Shown here: positions 26,829 to 36,525 of the stretch, in pieces
Position numbering within the stretch: the first letter of the stretch is position 1
Layout of the letters: each line of letters begins with the position of its first letter
Source of the DNA: a virus
Taxonomy: Duplodnaviria > Caudoviricetes
Reading direction: 5' to 3' (one strand)
Length of the DNA stretch: 57,822 bases
Virus record (IMG/VR): IMGVR_UViG_3300043640_000164
Location: 1-57,822 of that record
Translations under genes and position numbers: made by a program
Notes under the pieces: generated by a model
Database searches by the model: none
The model's input: the letters and a program-made list of their open reading frames with translations, nothing else
What the model was told of the DNA's origin: nothing

Positions 26829-28202
26829 CTAGGACCAGTGCCGTGGCTTGAAGCGGGCCTGGTCGGTACGTGCGGTGGTCCTGGTATGCGGGCCGTTGGG
26901 GCCGTTGCCGTGCGGGCTGGTGTCAAACCGCTTGATCGTGCCGGCCGACTTGAACTCGATCCAGACGTGCTGGTCGGAGTACCACACGGTGAAGTCCTTG
27001 CCCTTGCCCGCCTTGCCCCAGGAGACGAACGCGCCCGAGGTGATGGCGTTGGCGCCGTCGAACATGTTCGCCCGCTTCAGAGCGAGCGAACATGAGGACG
27101 AGCAGTCGAGGCCATCCTTCGCCTTAATGGCGCTCAGTGCGCCGTGACCGCCGCCGTAGACATAGGGGCGGTTCTGGCTGCTGATCTGCTTGCACGCGGT
27201 GAGCAGTCCGGAGGCCGAGCCCCCGGACTCCGTAGACGTAGTCCCGGTCTCTGCGGCCGGCTCGGGGCGAGCACGAGTGGGCCGCTTCAGTACGACTTCG
27301 CCTTCGGGGCTGTCGAGCCGAGATCCGGAGACCTTGGAGACCAGCCATCGACCTTGTGTCGGTCCGGGAGCGCTCATCATCACGACCCCGCCGGGCATGA
27401 CACTCCAGCGGTCCATCAGCACGTTGATCGTGATCTCGGTGACCGCACGCCCCGACGCCCAGTCCCACGCGGGCGCACCCAGCAACCAAGCTTCGTCGCC
27501 AGCAATCTCCAGCGAGGCGGCGCCCGAACGCAACTCGTCCTCGGACGCGTAGGACAGGACATTGCCGGCGGCCCACCGATGGGTCCCCACTTCTTCGGCG
27601 AGTCGACCCATCGTGTCCCAGCTGGTCTCGCGCGCTCCACCCTTCTCGCCGCGAGTGAACTCGTAGCGCTTCGTGTAGCTGGTGCCGCCGGAGGTTCCGA
27701 AGCCGTCGTGTCCCAACCACGTGTCCACCGTGTCGGTGGCCTCGGCCTGGTATGCGGCGTACGCATTGGGATCCTTGTTGCCCTGCACCGCATGGATCGC
27801 GAGCGAGAGGTTGGCCGGCGCCGTCTTCACCGAGCCGTGAACCTTCTTCCACGACGTAGGTCCGCTGACCAAAAAGGCCTCCGTGGAGGGGGCGGCCTGC
27901 CGTGACTGCGCCGCGGTCACCCAGTTGGTGCCCTGCTGGTAGATGCCCTGGTCGTCGTCGCCGGTCACCTTCATCGCCTTGCCTGCGACCGACTCCACGG
28001 TGATCGTCATGACCACAGCGATCATCACCCGGCGCGAGGCGCCGAGGTCATGGGCCTTCGCGAGGCACTGGTCGATGATCCGGCGCTGCGCCGCGGTGGC
28101 GCGGGCGCCCTTGACGGTGATGCTCGAAACCGACCCAAGGCCGGTGACAGTCGTAGACCGCTTCGTTCCCGTGGCAGTCGTCGTCTTGCGCTTGAGGCTC
28201 AT
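26829..28202 (-). CDS. Baseplate hub C-terminal part with lysozyme-like and NlpC/P60 peptidoglycan hydrolase domains
   Basis: TVES...QGIYQQ..W lysozyme-like segment; PYVYGGGH...DCSS...HVW. Confidence 0.72.
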   Translation of the reverse strand: MSLKRKTTTATGTKRSTTVTGLGSVSSITVKGARATAAQRRIIDQCLAKAHDLGASRRVMIAVVMTITVESVAGKAMKVTGDDDQGIYQQGTNWVTAAQSRQAAPSTEAFLVSGPTSWKKVHGSVKTAPANLSLAIHAVQGNKDPNAYAAYQAEATDTVDTWLGHDGFGTSGGTSYTKRYEFTRGEKGGARETSWDTMGRLAEEVGTHRWAAGNVLSYASEDELRSGAASLEIAGDEAWLLGAPAWDWASGRAVTEITINVLMDRWSVMPGGVVMMSAPGPTQGRWLVSKVSGSRLDSPEGEVVLKRPTRARPEPAAETGTTSTESGGSASGLLTACKQISSQNRPYVYGGGHGALSAIKAKDGLDCSSSCSLALKRANMFDGANAITSGAFVSWGKAGKGKDFTVWYSDQHVWIEFKSAGTIKRFDTSPHGNGPNGPHTRTTARTDQARFKPRHWS

Positions 28203-28756
28203 GCCGTCGTCGTGTCCGCGGCGAGAATGCGTTGCTTGTCGCCAAGCTCCGGGATGAACGCGGCCATCGGCTCGTACGGCGGGCGGGACGCTTCGTTGAC
28301 GAGGCGCAGGATGAACAAGGCGCGGGTGTAGGTCGCCCGCGACTTGGCCAAGAACGAGGAGAACTGCCGCAAGCGCCATGCCGTTTCATCCTCGAAGATC
28401 AGCGTGTAGAGCCAGCCGTCGTCGCTGTTGACCGACACCAGCACGTAGTCAATGGAGTTGACGCTGATCCGCACACCCTGCTCTTGAAGCAAGGCCTCGT
28501 CGGTCAGCACGGCCAGCAACGACTCATCGGGCGATCGAATCGGGATCGTCACCTGCGCGGCCTGGTCAAATCCCATCTCCCACGGCGTGTCGCCGTCGAT
28601 GTTGTCCGCGATGGCGTACGTCTGCCCGGCACACGTCAGATGAAGATTGCGCAGGGTGTCGGTGCGATTGCCGACCGGCGCAGGCGGGGGCGCCATGATG
28701 GCCGGGTTCTTTCGGGCACGGACGCGTCCGGCCACCGTGTCGAGGGTGTCGGTCAT
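28199..28756 (-). CDS. Baseplate hub N-terminal part
   Basis: Position after the LysM gene; beta-rich; FED..AWRLR. Confidence 0.55.
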   Translation of the reverse strand: MTDTLDTVAGRVRARKNPAIMAPPPAPVGNRTDTLRNLHLTCAGQTYAIADNIDGDTPWEMGFDQAAQVTIPIRSPDESLLAVLTDEALLQEQGVRISVNSIDYVLVSVNSDDGWLYTLIFEDETAWRLRQFSSFLAKSRATYTRALFILRLVNEASRPPYEPMAAFIPELGDKQRILAADTTTA

Positions 28757-29496
28757 CGAAGCGTGACCTTGATCCCGGCGCGCAGCTGCGCGTCAGGATC
28801 GGTGCCCTTGAACTTCGGATTCCAGCTGATGATGGACTTCCACGCGTCCGACTGACCTAGTTGGCGAACTGAGATCAGCCGCAAGGTGTCGTTCTTCTTG
28901 GTGGTGATGACGCGTGCCTTGCGCTTGCCGCCTGCGGTGCGGGTCCGCTTGATGGACACCGGCGCGATCGACGGCAGCGGGGCGTAGCCCTCCAGCTCGA
29001 CAGTGAGCGACTGTCGACGCAGCGTGCCGTCCGCGTTGTACATGCGGTCGGCGAGCGTGATGTTTTGCATGACCCATCGGACGGTCGCGCTGGTCGGCAC
29101 GTCGCCGACGACCAGAAGCGTTGGCGGCGCGTCGCCGGTGCCAGCCGTGCCCATCGCATAGAGGACTTCCAGACGACGTTCGATGGACGGGCCACCTGTG
29201 ACGTACAGGTCCAGGATGCACGGCAGCGACATCGTGTCCTCGGGCTGTGCGCCCCACCACCGCGCTGGCCGCCGCAGCGCACGATCGGTGGAGTTCCACC
29301 CGCCGACTCCGCCTCCGCGATCGGGTGATCCGTCGAGAAGCAGCGTCAGGACTGAGCCCCCGTTGTCGGGGGCCAGCTTGACCATGCCCGGACGTGGCCG
29401 GGTGGTGTCGGGCGGAACCGGGCTTGTCGCGGCCGTCGCGGTGTCGCCGGCCAGGACGCTTACGGCACCGAGGACGGTTTCGGCGAAGGACCCCAT
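28753..29496 (-). CDS. Tail tube initiator with a LysM domain
   Basis: C-terminal KNDTL..IS.RQLG....W..I..WN...L.AG LysM; follows the tape measure gene. Confidence 0.8.
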   Translation of the reverse strand: MGSFAETVLGAVSVLAGDTATAATSPVPPDTTRPRPGMVKLAPDNGGSVLTLLLDGSPDRGGGVGGWNSTDRALRRPARWWGAQPEDTMSLPCILDLYVTGGPSIERRLEVLYAMGTAGTGDAPPTLLVVGDVPTSATVRWVMQNITLADRMYNADGTLRRQSLTVELEGYAPLPSIAPVSIKRTRTAGGKRKARVITTKKNDTLRLISVRQLGQSDAWKSIISWNPKFKGTDPDAQLRAGIKVTLR

Positions 29497-31958
29497 CAGC
29501 GCGCCTCTTCCTTGCGACGCTCCACCCGGTGGACGGCCTGATGGATGATCTGGCTATCGAGCTTGACCACGAGGTTGGCGTACATGTCGCCGGCCGATGG
29601 CGCGGGCAGCATGGTCGAGCCCGAACGGCCCACCAGCTTGCGCGTCGGTCCAGCAGGAGTGATCCGCGTGCCCATCGGCAGCGCAGCGAGTTCCGGCCCA
29701 CGCTCTCCTACAACTTGGAGCGGGGTGCGCACGACGCCACCTGAGGCGTGAACGCCGAGGATGTCCTTGGCCTTGTTCTTCAGCAGCCCCGGGACAGGCA
29801 GCGCGTCGATTGCGGTGGCGAGGGCGCGCATCATCAGCCCCGGCGCCGACTTGAAGGCCGACACGATCGAGGAGACGATGGAGGACCCGACCCTTCCGAA
29901 GAACTTCACCAACGAGCCGAGCTTGCTGCGAACGGAGTTGGCGATGCCTGAGACGAGCCGTTGACCGACGCTCTTGACGCCGCCCGCGATCTTGCCGGGC
30001 AGGGCCTCCACCTTGGTGATGACGCCGCCGAGCCAGTTGGAGACGGACCGTGCGATCTGCCCTCCCATGCCGAGAAAGCGCCGGATGCCGTCCCCGCCCT
30101 TGATGAAGCTCCGGGCCAGCTTGAGCACCATCAACTGTGGGAAGAACAACACCTTGCCCACGCGGGCTAGGATTGGAATCAGTCCACGCCCGAGAGCGTT
30201 GGTGAGGCGGATGGGCGCCGCGAGCAGGCGGAAGACGGCGCCGAGCTTGCCGAGGCCTCCGAGCACTTTCAGAATCGGGCCAGCGAAGATGAAGCCGAGC
30301 ACGACGCCGAACTTCTCGATGATGGGCTTCAGCGGCTTGGCCTTCTCGCCGATCCACCCGAGCGCGGTGGCGAACACCTTGATCACCGGCAGCGCTCCCA
30401 GGACGGCGCCGATGACGCCGGTCGCGATGCCCTTCAACAGCGGCAGCAGGACGTTGGTGATGAACGGCATCGCCGGCTTGAACGCGTCCAGCACCTGGCC
30501 TCCGAACTTCATGAGTGCGGCTCCAACCTTCGGGACCTCGGCCTGCACCCAGGCGATGACGGGCTCGAGCTTGGCCCGTAGGTCCAGCCCGGCCGCCTGC
30601 CCCTTGGGCATCGCCGCCGACTCTGCGCGCTGAGCGCCACCACCCGGGCTGACCCGACGCACCTTGGGCGACTTGCCGCTGAGCCCGGCGCCGAAGGCCG
30701 ATGCAATACCGGCGCCGGTATTGACCAGCCCGGCCATCTTGTCGAGCGATGACTTGATCGCCGGGTTGAACCGCTTCAGGAGACTGATCGCCGCGGACTC
30801 GACCGAGCCAGTGAAGTTGTCCCACGACCCCTTGACGGTGTTGCGCATGATCGTGGCCGCACGCTTGGCGGCGCCGCCACTGTGCTCCAGCGCCCGCTGC
30901 AAGTTCAGGAACTTCTTGGGGCCGGCGTCTACGAGCTTCACCATGCCCGACAGCGCCTCGCGGCCGAAGATGGTGGCCAACGCCGCGTTACGCTGGTTCT
31001 TACTGACGCCCTGGGAGCCCTTGACGACCTTGGACAGGATGTTCGGTAGTGACAGCAGCCCCTTCTTGCCCACGAGATCGCCGGCCGCAAGATGCAGATC
31101 GGCCATGGCGCCCCGCGCGGTCTGAGTCGGCTTGGTCAGCCGAACCAGCGCTGTACGCAGCGTCGTACCGGCCTGCGACCCCTTGATGCCCACGTTGGAA
31201 AGCAAGCCGACGGCGGCCGTGGTGCCCTCCAGCGACTGGCCGAAGGACGACGCCACCGGCGCGATGTACTTCAACGACTCCTGCAACGAGCCGATATCCG
31301 CCGCGGTCCTGTTGCTCGTCTGAGCGAGCACGTCGGCCACACGGTTGGCCTCTGACGCCTTGAGGTTGAAGCCGTGAAGCGTCTCGGTCTGGATCGTCGC
31401 GGCGTCGGCGAGACTTGCGCCCGACGCGGCGGCGAGGCTCAGCGTGCCCGGCAACACCTTCATGATCTGGTTGGTGGTGAAGCCCTGGGCGGCTAGCTCG
31501 TCCATCGCGCTGGCGGCCTCACCAGCGGAGAACTGCGTATCAGCACCCAGCTTGATCGCGAGGGCGCTCAGCTTGTTCATGTTGCCGCCGGTGGTCAGCA
31601 GCTTGGCCTGGACGTTGGCCATCGACTGTTCGAAGTTCACCGACGCCTTCACGCCAGCCAGCAGGCCAGCGCCGGCCAGCAGGCCGGCGGCCACGCCGAC
31701 CTGCCCGAGCGCGCGCCCGGCGGCGGCGCCCTCGCGCGCGAGGCCAGTCATCCCCGCCTTGGCCTTCAACGTGCCGCGCTCGATCCGCGACAACTCGGAT
31801 TGCACCTTGCCGCCGTTGACCGTCTTCAGGCCCTTGGACGCTGACCGACTGGCCTTGTCGATGTCCTTGAGACCTTGCCCGGCCGTCTTGGCGCCCCGGG
31901 CCATGAGGTCGGCCCCGAGCAGCCGTAGCCGAACGATCACGCTGGACTCTCCCGCCAT
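29496..31958 (-). CDS. Tape measure protein
   Basis: FEQSMANV..LGADTQFSA.EAA, GIKGSQAGT.LR, C-terminal ASGG..VGERGPEL. Confidence 0.95.
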   Translation of the reverse strand: MAGESSVIVRLRLLGADLMARGAKTAGQGLKDIDKASRSASKGLKTVNGGKVQSELSRIERGTLKAKAGMTGLAREGAAAGRALGQVGVAAGLLAGAGLLAGVKASVNFEQSMANVQAKLLTTGGNMNKLSALAIKLGADTQFSAGEAASAMDELAAQGFTTNQIMKVLPGTLSLAAASGASLADAATIQTETLHGFNLKASEANRVADVLAQTSNRTAADIGSLQESLKYIAPVASSFGQSLEGTTAAVGLLSNVGIKGSQAGTTLRTALVRLTKPTQTARGAMADLHLAAGDLVGKKGLLSLPNILSKVVKGSQGVSKNQRNAALATIFGREALSGMVKLVDAGPKKFLNLQRALEHSGGAAKRAATIMRNTVKGSWDNFTGSVESAAISLLKRFNPAIKSSLDKMAGLVNTGAGIASAFGAGLSGKSPKVRRVSPGGGAQRAESAAMPKGQAAGLDLRAKLEPVIAWVQAEVPKVGAALMKFGGQVLDAFKPAMPFITNVLLPLLKGIATGVIGAVLGALPVIKVFATALGWIGEKAKPLKPIIEKFGVVLGFIFAGPILKVLGGLGKLGAVFRLLAAPIRLTNALGRGLIPILARVGKVLFFPQLMVLKLARSFIKGGDGIRRFLGMGGQIARSVSNWLGGVITKVEALPGKIAGGVKSVGQRLVSGIANSVRSKLGSLVKFFGRVGSSIVSSIVSAFKSAPGLMMRALATAIDALPVPGLLKNKAKDILGVHASGGVVRTPLQVVGERGPELAALPMGTRITPAGPTRKLVGRSGSTMLPAPSAGDMYANLVVKLDSQIIHQAVHRVERRKEEAR

Positions 31959-31964
31959 TGCTGC

Positions 31965-32152
31965 TCACCCCTTCTCCGCGCGTCGCACGTCGTCGTTGTG
32001 GGCCAGCACGGCGCGCTCCATGACGACGCGAGCGATGACGCGCTCGACCAACGTCCCGGCGTGCTTTGGCTCAAGGCCCATGAGCGGTCGCCAGTCCATG
32101 CGCAACCGCACTGCGTTGACCGCGCCCTCAACCTCGGGCGCGGCCTCCGTCA
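31965..32152 (-). CDS. Tail assembly chaperone, -1 frameshift extension (gpT-like)
   Basis: Open in the -1 frame from the GGGGGAA site; lies between chaperone and tape measure. Confidence 0.7.
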
Positions 32153-32689
32153 TTCCCCCAGGGTCTGCTCGTCCTCGGCGGTCTCGCCGACCATCCACTC
32201 CACGATCCGCGTCCCGAACGATTCGAGGCGAAGGTGGTTGTCGAGGACGACCATGATCAGCGCGCTTGCGCTGTGCGCCTCGACGCCGATCAGGTCCGCG
32301 AGGCCTCGCCAGCTATCAACCCGTTCACGGTCGCCCGCGTCGTTGACCAGGATCAGGTGGTCGGTCGCGGCGGCGATGAACCGTGCGGTGTAACCGGAGG
32401 ACTCGCCCTGGACCTTGGGGACCTTGGTGAGCTTCTTGGCCACCAAGATCACGTCGCCGCCCCAGCCGGGCACGGCGAACTCCATTGTGCGCTCGGCCCG
32501 CAGCGCCTCGTAGCGCGCCTGGAGGCGCTGGGCCAGTCCGCCCCCGGCTGCCGAGGCAATGGCCTCGACGGGCGGCGGGGGCGGCGGCACGGAGACCCGC
32601 TCCCGGACGGGCTCCGCGATGGGGTCATCGGACGAGAGCACCTCGATGTGACGCAGCCGCGGATCTTGCTGGAGCGGCGCGCCGCTCAT
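32150..32689 (-). CDS. Tail assembly chaperone (gpG-like)
   Basis: Position between tube and tape measure; slippery site just before the stop. Confidence 0.75.
   Translation of the reverse strand: MSGAPLQQDPRLRHIEVLSSDDPIAEPVRERVSVPPPPPPVEAIASAAGGGLAQRLQARYEALRAERTMEFAVPGWGGDVILVAKKLTKVPKVQGESSGYTARFIAAATDHLILVNDAGDRERVDSWRGLADLIGVEAHSASALIMVVLDNHLRLESFGTRIVEWMVGETAEDEQTLGE
32153..32159 (-). other. Programmed -1 frameshift slippery site GGGGGAA
   Basis: CTG GGG GAA TGA at the chaperone end. Confidence 0.72.
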
Positions 32690-33111
32690 GCGAGCACCGT
32701 GTCGCAGGTGATGGCGATTTCCAGCTTGCCGGCATCGCTGGAGCCCTTGGAGGAGTCCGGAGGCTTGACCGACTTCAGAACGCCGGTCAGGACGATGGGC
32801 GAGCCCCAGGACACGCCGTCGTCATCGACGGGCGTACCCGTCACGGTGCAATTGCCGAGCACGCCATTGCCGGCGCGTGCGTCCAACGTGCCGTAGACCG
32901 CGTGAACTTCTTTCTTGTAGGCCTTGCGGAGCGTGAGGTCGTCGCGCGTCCGCTTGCCGCCGAGGTTGATGTCCCCGTCCCAGTCGGCGTAGATGGCCGC
33001 CTCGGAGTCGACACCGCCACCCTCCTTCTCGGCCCAGTAGCCGAGATCGAGCGTGTTGGTTCCCGAACCCATGCTCAGATGCCAGGTCCAGTCGCTTTCC
33101 TTGTAGGGCAT
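32686..33111 (-). CDS. Tail tube protein
   Basis: 141 aa, directly after the sheath; GG..D, DDLTLRK motifs. Confidence 0.75.
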   Translation of the reverse strand: MPYKESDWTWHLSMGSGTNTLDLGYWAEKEGGGVDSEAAIYADWDGDINLGGKRTRDDLTLRKAYKKEVHAVYGTLDARAGNGVLGNCTVTGTPVDDDGVSWGSPIVLTGVLKSVKPPDSSKGSSDAGKLEIAITCDTVLA

Positions 33112-33114
33112 GGC

Positions 33115-34230
33115 CTAGGCCTCCTGATCCAGCCGGCGCCGGATGATGTGGATGCGCAGGACCCTTGCGTGGGGAGACGTGCGCATCGTGATGGTTGCCG
33201 TGACCTGGCCCTGGGCAAGGTTGGCAATGGGATTGACTACCGCCGACACGTCGACCTGGTAGGCCGGCGACGTCTCGCTTCCGTACAGCGCACCGAGGCG
33301 GGCGAGAGCGGCCAGCTCTCCGCGCAGAGCGCCCTCGTAGCGAGTCAGGAACCCGCCACCGCCGTCGATGGTCGCGAACATGTGCTGCTCGGCCACGGCC
33401 GCCTCGCGCGCCCGAACGGCCATGACCGTGCGCGACCCCGAGAGATCCCACCAGTGCGGCAACGCGTCCAGGTCCGCAAGGGTCAGGTAGCCATAGGCAG
33501 CCAGTGTCGTGCCGTAGACGCTTTTGAACGTGTTGACCTGCGCCGCGGCCAGCGCCTGCCGGGACGCGTCGGTACGGTCGACCTTCGTTCCCAGCGCGTA
33601 CCTCGTGCGGCCCTGTTGGATACCTGCGGCGGCCAGATTCGGGTTGCCCGTCGCAATGTCCGAGCGGGCGATGAGCCCGGCCTTGGTCGCCGTGGCGGGA
33701 ACCTCGCGGGTGGTCCCCGACGCGGTCCCGGGGATGATGAGCGTGTCCGCCTCCATCGAGGCGTTGCGCGCGCCGGGCGCGGCGATCGCCGCCGTAGCCA
33801 GGGTGGTCAGCGCCGTGTCTGTCGCACCGTCCGGGCCGTTGAGCAGAGCGATGCGGTTGTGGTCGTAGGCCCAGTTCGCGATCGACACGTGGCCTGCGGT
33901 GGCGACGACCTCCGGCGCCCAAAGCTGCCCCGGGCCGAGGTCATCGATGAACCGCGCGAGCGACACCGGAATGTCGGGGGTGACCGCGGCGATGTTGGAC
34001 ACGTACAACCGTGCGCCACCCTCGCCAAAGAACGCGTCGGCGTTGGCAACGAGGGCATCATCGTCCGGGTAAGCCGCGCGGGCGTCCGCCCCGTTGTTGA
34101 GCTGGGCGAAGTCCGGGGTGTCTTCGGCGGTGCTGTGAAGCAGAAACCCGGTGTCCGTCGCGGTGGGGGCGGCGACCGGCTGCTGCTCATCGATGATGTC
34201 GACTTCGACGCCGACCTCAAGGGGACTCAT
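33115..34230 (-). CDS. Contractile tail sheath protein
   Basis: FFGEGG.RLYV, NRIALL, AGLIARSD, AAAG, YG.LTL, GALYG motifs. Confidence 0.88.
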   Translation of the reverse strand: MSPLEVGVEVDIIDEQQPVAAPTATDTGFLLHSTAEDTPDFAQLNNGADARAAYPDDDALVANADAFFGEGGARLYVSNIAAVTPDIPVSLARFIDDLGPGQLWAPEVVATAGHVSIANWAYDHNRIALLNGPDGATDTALTTLATAAIAAPGARNASMEADTLIIPGTASGTTREVPATATKAGLIARSDIATGNPNLAAAGIQQGRTRYALGTKVDRTDASRQALAAAQVNTFKSVYGTTLAAYGYLTLADLDALPHWWDLSGSRTVMAVRAREAAVAEQHMFATIDGGGGFLTRYEGALRGELAALARLGALYGSETSPAYQVDVSAVVNPIANLAQGQVTATITMRTSPHARVLRIHIIRRRLDQEA

Positions 34231-34445
34231 GCTCGCTCCTTCGGGGGCGCGGCCTTGCGGCCGGTGGGCGTAGACGACTTGTTGTCGTCATCGGACTTGT
34301 TGTCGCGCTCGACTTCGAGCACGCCGGCAGCGATGAGTGCCTGCACGGCCTCGGTGTCCTTGACCGACACGAAGTCGAGACCCGGCGGGGCGAAGCACTG
34401 GCCGTCGACCAGCACCGACCGTCCGGTGAGATTGCGGACCTTCAT
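34227..34445 (-). CDS. Small hypothetical virion-module protein
   Basis: MKVRNLTGRSV; ATGA couplings. Confidence 0.6.
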   Translation of the reverse strand: MKVRNLTGRSVLVDGQCFAPPGLDFVSVKDTEAVQALIAAGVLEVERDNKSDDDNKSSTPTGRKAAPPKERA

Positions 34446-35095
34446 GTGTCGATCCGTTCCTTGTTGGTGGTGAACGTGAAATCCGTGGCCGGCAGCGGGT
34501 CGCTGTCGGGCGGCACGTATGGAGCAGTCGGCGGCCCATTCGGACCACCGCTCGGCCACGGGGTGTCATCAGCGGGGAGCCCGCCGACGACGGTCACGGC
34601 GTCGGCGACCGAGACCGAGAAGACGAGCCGGGATTCAGCGAGAATCCGTTTGGCCTCCGACTGGGCGACCGGCTCCCAATCGACCAACCGGATGGAATCG
34701 ATGGGGCCACGACGCGGGGTGCGCTCCAGGAGGCACTCGATCGTGGTCCAGGTCATCCAGTCCCGACGTCGCAGCGTGTCGCGGCGCCGTTGCCCGATGA
34801 CCGAAACCTGCACGGCCACCAACATCGCGACGTTCAACTTGTCTTCCTCGGTGCGCACCGGCGCGCCGTCGCCGCCGATGACCGCCAGCAAGATCGCGGG
34901 CAGGGTGTCCCCCGAGAGCGCACCCTGCGCCTCGTCGGAGGCCATGTGGCTTACCGTGCGGTAGCGCTCCAGAGTCTCCAGCGTCAGACCTAGTTGTCGT
35001 TCAAGCTTTGCCAGGTGCTCGGGGTGGCGCCGCCGGACGATGTCCAGCAGCACGTCCTCGACCACGTCAGGCGTGATCAGCGGAAGCTCAGGCAT
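34442..35095 (-). CDS. Tail completion/terminator protein
   Basis: Synteny; LPAI motif. Confidence 0.55.
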   Translation of the reverse strand: MPELPLITPDVVEDVLLDIVRRRHPEHLAKLERQLGLTLETLERYRTVSHMASDEAQGALSGDTLPAILLAVIGGDGAPVRTEEDKLNVAMLVAVQVSVIGQRRRDTLRRRDWMTWTTIECLLERTPRRGPIDSIRLVDWEPVAQSEAKRILAESRLVFSVSVADAVTVVGGLPADDTPWPSGGPNGPPTAPYVPPDSDPLPATDFTFTTNKERIDT

Positions 35096-35555
35096 GACCG
35101 AAGGTGCCGAAGGCGATGAACGACTGGACGCGAGTGGCGATGGCGTCGCGAGCCGTCTTGTCGATCACGACCATGCGCCGAGCGGGCGGACCCAGGGCCA
35201 AGGCCTGGGCGTAATAGATGTCCGACCGCCCGCGGAGGAGTCCCCAGCGAAGGTCGGGGCCGACGACCGTGGCGCGCACGCCGTGCGTCGCGTTCTCCAT
35301 CGCTGACTGCAACTGTCCGGTCGCCCTCAACGTCCGGGTATCGAGGCCCGCGCGGCGCTTCTGCTCAATCCACCGCGGGCTGTCCTTGCGCCATCCGCCG
35401 CGCGCGAACTTGCGACGCTCGGACTTCTGCAGATCGAGCGTCGTGTTGCCGTGACGAAGCGCCGGCTGAGGATGACGAGCACGCCCGCCCAGGTCATCGA
35501 GGCGAAGCGTCGCCTCCTTCAGTCCGTCGACCTTCAGGGTCGCCCGGATAGCCAT
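35088..35555 (-). CDS. Neck/virion morphogenesis protein
   Basis: KF..GGW, L.ATG.L..A, PAR motifs. Confidence 0.65.
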   Translation of the reverse strand: MAIRATLKVDGLKEATLRLDDLGGRARHPQPALRHGNTTLDLQKSERRKFARGGWRKDSPRWIEQKRRAGLDTRTLRATGQLQSAMENATHGVRATVVGPDLRWGLLRGRSDIYYAQALALGPPARRMVVIDKTARDAIATRVQSFIAFGTFGHA

Positions 35556-36232
35556 CAGACCAACCGCATTGCGTTGGGCTCGCGTGCGAGCGTCACAAGC
35601 TCGGTGAGGCACGCCGTGTAATTGGCGATGTGCGACCGGTATTCGCCGGCCGCATCGTCGGTCTGCGCCGGCAACTTGCCCGCCGAGATGCTGGCGGCGA
35701 CGCTCCAGACAACGGCGCGCTTAGCAAGGCCTACAAGTCGGAGCGGAATCGGCACGCCGACGCGGCCGGCCACCTCATCGGCGGCGGCGTCGATGAGCCC
35801 TTGGACCGTGACCGCGGTGGGGCTGGTGGTCTCGTCGTAGACCCCCAGCTCGGCGCCGGCCTGCGGGCGGTCGTCATCGAACCCGCCACGCGTGTAGGCC
35901 GGCGTGACAATGGCCACCTCGGCGGTCGTAGGCTTGAAGTCCGCGGGCTCGGCCGGCGCGCCGGCCGCTGCGGCGACAACTTCAACCGGGATGTAGGACT
36001 CGTACGACGGCGGCTCGGGGTCGTTGGTCCTCCAGACGAGCAGGAAGTCGCCGAGGCTGGGCGGCGCGTCGAGCGCCACGCTCCACAGGGCGGTGGTCGC
36101 GTCCCATGTTGCAGGCTGCCACGCGCTGACGATTGCGCGGGTGCCCGGGACCTCGACGCGAGCGCCCAGGCCGACGAGATCCGCCGCCGCGGTCGACGTC
36201 GCCGTGAACGGCTGGTTGAGGACTACTTGCAT
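35555..36232 (-). CDS. Head-tail adaptor with an N-terminal beta domain
   Basis: Synteny; PT..EV, T.PT...V..LI..A motifs. Confidence 0.6.
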   Translation of the reverse strand: MQVVLNQPFTATSTAAADLVGLGARVEVPGTRAIVSAWQPATWDATTALWSVALDAPPSLGDFLLVWRTNDPEPPSYESYIPVEVVAAAAGAPAEPADFKPTTAEVAIVTPAYTRGGFDDDRPQAGAELGVYDETTSPTAVTVQGLIDAAADEVAGRVGVPIPLRLVGLAKRAVVWSVAASISAGKLPAQTDDAAGEYRSHIANYTACLTELVTLAREPNAMRLV

Positions 36233-36315
36233 AAGAAGTGGGCACGGGCACGCGCCCGCGGGGGCCTTCGCGTTTCAGCGAGCCCCGCGGGGACGTGCTT
36301 GTGCGTGTCCTTGGC

Positions 36316-36522
36316 CTAGGAGGCGGCCTTGGAGGTGGCGGGCGACTTGACCGCCTTGTCACGCGCCGGGGCGCGCAGCGCCTTGACGGCGTCCTTGTAG
36401 GCACCCAGGTACGCCGCGGGCACCTCGGTGCCCGCGACCACCTGAATGCGGAGGCCGCGACCATCCACCAGGACAACGTCCTCGGCGGCAATCGTCGGCC
36501 CATCGGCACTTGCCGAGGCCAT
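36316..36522 (-). CDS. Small protein downstream of the capsid gene
   Basis: ORF with a K/A-rich tail. Confidence 0.6.
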   Translation of the reverse strand: MASASADGPTIAAEDVVLVDGRGLRIQVVAGTEVPAAYLGAYKDAVKALRAPARDKAVKSPATSKAAS

Positions 36523-36525
36523 TGC

